49,090 bases of DNA, taken from assembly GCA_964370795.1 (NCBI GenBank), contig CAYJME010000002.1:9220-58309 (forward strand), in the 5' to 3' direction. Below, one piece after another: positions 48,537 through 49,090 of this stretch. The DNA is from an uncultured candidatus Brocadiaceae bacterium (lineage in GTDB: Bacteria > Planctomycetota > Brocadiia > Brocadiales > Brocadiaceae). A program made the translations under genes and the position numbers. The notes beneath the pieces were generated by a model that was given only the letters and a program-made list of their open reading frames with translations, had not been told where the DNA came from and searched no databases. The first letter of the stretch is position 1, and the number at the start of each line of letters is the position of its first letter.

Positions 48537-48830
48537 TTACAAATTTTTCTTTACGAACGACTTTATCTTCTCATACTCATCCCGGTTGATCTGATAATAG
48601 GTATGAACATTTTTGCCTTGCTGTTCCACCAGAAGACCTTTATCAACAAGGTCTTCAAGCGCTTCTTTTACCACATTTACCTGGTGTTTAATTTTTTGTT
48701 CCAACAACCACCATTCTATAATTCCATCAATGCTATCCCTGGCATCCGGATGTTCAACCAGGTATGACAGGATTTCATTGCAAATGTGTGACTTTTCATT
48801 ATTGTTGAGATTGTCAGGGGTGGTTTTCAC
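48537..48830 (-). CDS. Small winged-helix-like protein (putative regulator or adaptor)
   Basis: 97 aa with a GTG start after GAGAGGA. The helical N-terminal half (ICNEILSYLVEHPDARDSIDGIIEWW) and the C-terminal EALEDLVDKGLLVEQQGKNVHTYYQIN resemble the recognition helix plus wing of MarR/DUF-type wHTH proteins. Confidence 0.55.
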   Translation of the reverse strand: MKTTPDNLNNNEKSHICNEILSYLVEHPDARDSIDGIIEWWLLEQKIKHQVNVVKEALEDLVDKGLLVEQQGKNVHTYYQINRDEYEKIKSFVKKNL

Positions 48831-49090
48831 TCATTATTCCTCTCTCGTATTATCGCATGAAAACTTTTATTGATAATTTCGTATACCTTCAGAAAGATAT
48901 ATTTCAGGTCGCTCCTCCGGAGCTTTCTTTATATTTGCTTTTTATTTCTACAAACAGATCGCCCCGCCTGGGGCTTATTCGCTATTTTCTTTTATTATTC
49001 CATGATATTCTATCGGTTTGGATACTTGACGATTGACTGATAATCCATAGCGCAGCAAGCCGCAACCAATTCTCCTTTATGGAAGCGGGG

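Noticed and set aside
33687-49090. Island considered as a prophage, ICE or transposon
   Set aside because: No integrase, transposase, tRNA target, phage structural gene or flanking direct repeat is visible within the window. Mobility cannot be claimed, although the right boundary is not in view.
48930-49090. Short GCCCC-GCCT-GGGGC hairpin (about 48961-48974) and a possible 27-codon TTG-initiated minus-strand ORF after an AAGGAG at the window edge
   Set aside because: The hairpin stem is only 5 bp and the ORF is tiny. The context is truncated by the end of the window, so it cannot be supported.

Overview
This is a 49.1 kb bacterial chromosomal window. I found no rRNA, tRNA, CRISPR array, integrase or transposase. 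Positions 1-33.7 kb look like ordinary core genome. They carry rnfB, rsmE, mnmG, rny, a lipoyl-like mini-protein with a poly-acidic tail, and holB. A signalling cluster follows (REC-HD-GYP, CheR, a Cache-HAMP-GAF hybrid histidine kinase, a CheY-like REC). Then come ileS, DUF167, acyP, System II cytochrome c maturation (resB/ccsA), an OmpA-like lipoprotein, hisI, thiE and purB. The last core block is a proteostasis neighbourhood: REC-groES-groEL, a UbiA-family prenyltransferase, DUF2905, a second groEL, hsp20 and lon. The gene content (groEL paralogues, G-C type lipoprotein signals, HD-GYP/CheR signalling) is compatible with Planctomycetota, possibly an anammox lineage, but that is inference only. 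Positions 33.9-48.9 kb are different. They form a co-directional minus-strand accessory island of 13 ORFs plus a decayed hydrolase gene at its left edge. The island holds four apparently cytoplasmic peptidases from three families: a caspase-like C14 fused to an alpha/beta-hydrolase, a stand-alone C14, a clostripain-like C11, and a trypsin-fold S1. These are interleaved with lipoproteins, a signal-peptide START-like protein, polytopic membrane proteins and a small wHTH-like protein. Composition is mosaic, and two homologous terminator-like hairpins are present. I recognise no ATPase, nuclease or mobility gene in the island, and its right edge is cut by the window end. This island is my best candidate for an undescribed proteolysis-based system (cell-suicide/defence or envelope remodelling). 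All functional interpretation of it is inference from motifs read by eye.
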